This document shows positions 63,656 through 64,000 of a stretch of 64,000 nucleotides of DNA, piece after piece. The stretch lies in NCBI RefSeq assembly GCF_037042905.1, contig NC_087263.1:15130001-15194000 (forward strand), read 5' to 3'. A program made the translations under genes and the position numbers. Position 1 is the first letter of the stretch, and each line of letters opens with the position of its first letter. The DNA comes from Lytechinus pictus. Its lineage: Eukaryota. The notes under the pieces were generated by a model that made no database searches, was not told the DNA's origin, and worked only from the letters and a program-made list of their open reading frames with translations.

Positions 63656-64000
63656 TTCTACACTTGACAACTCATGTTCTAAGTATATGTGAACCTAAAT
63701 ACCTTGTATGAACTGTGTACATATACATCTATGCTGATGTTATTGTCCAAATGTTTGTGGACGGAAGCAATTACAATGTGAAGTAGCAATGTGCGGTGTG
63801 GAAGAGATAAAGATGTTCCTTTCCTTGATGTGGTAAAAAAAACTGTATTGCATCATCGAAGAAATCACAATCCTTCAAATCAATTCCAGTTACTTAAATT
63901 CGTCAGAAGGGGTCCTGTTAATGAATTAATTTCATTAATCATAACTTAATGAGGCTCATGAAAGGATAAGAAAAAAGGGAAAATATTTCAAACCAATATT

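Overview
AT-rich, repeat-dense animal non-coding DNA. The mix of tRNA-derived SINEs, MITEs, a Helentron-type element and microsatellites is typical of a marine invertebrate, probably a sea urchin (inference, not a database result). No protein-coding gene, rRNA or functional tRNA can be supported: the ORFs fall on microsatellites, CT/GA-rich tracts or repeats, or have no recognisable product. The window contains (1) at least five kinds of non-autonomous DNA transposon, told apart by TIRs and target-site duplications (TA, CWG, TTAA, 8 bp, 6 bp), several nested or with an in-window empty-site control; (2) a Helentron/HINE-type element carrying a 154-bp tandem array; (3) several tRNA-headed SINEs and a LINE 3'-end fragment; (4) mini- and microsatellites, including a ~0.9-kb (TAG)n. 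The most interesting non-repeat signal is two strong minus-strand AG|GT sites about 49 kb apart (14608/14607 and 63568/63567). Each has a polypyrimidine tract and a long AG-free zone, the signature of recursive splice sites, which suggests the window is part of a giant minus-strand intron. A second signal is the recurrent palindrome TACATGTA, seen as a 6-bp insertion in one tandem-repeat unit and matching the excision footprint expected from the CA...TG, TA-targeting elements present here.
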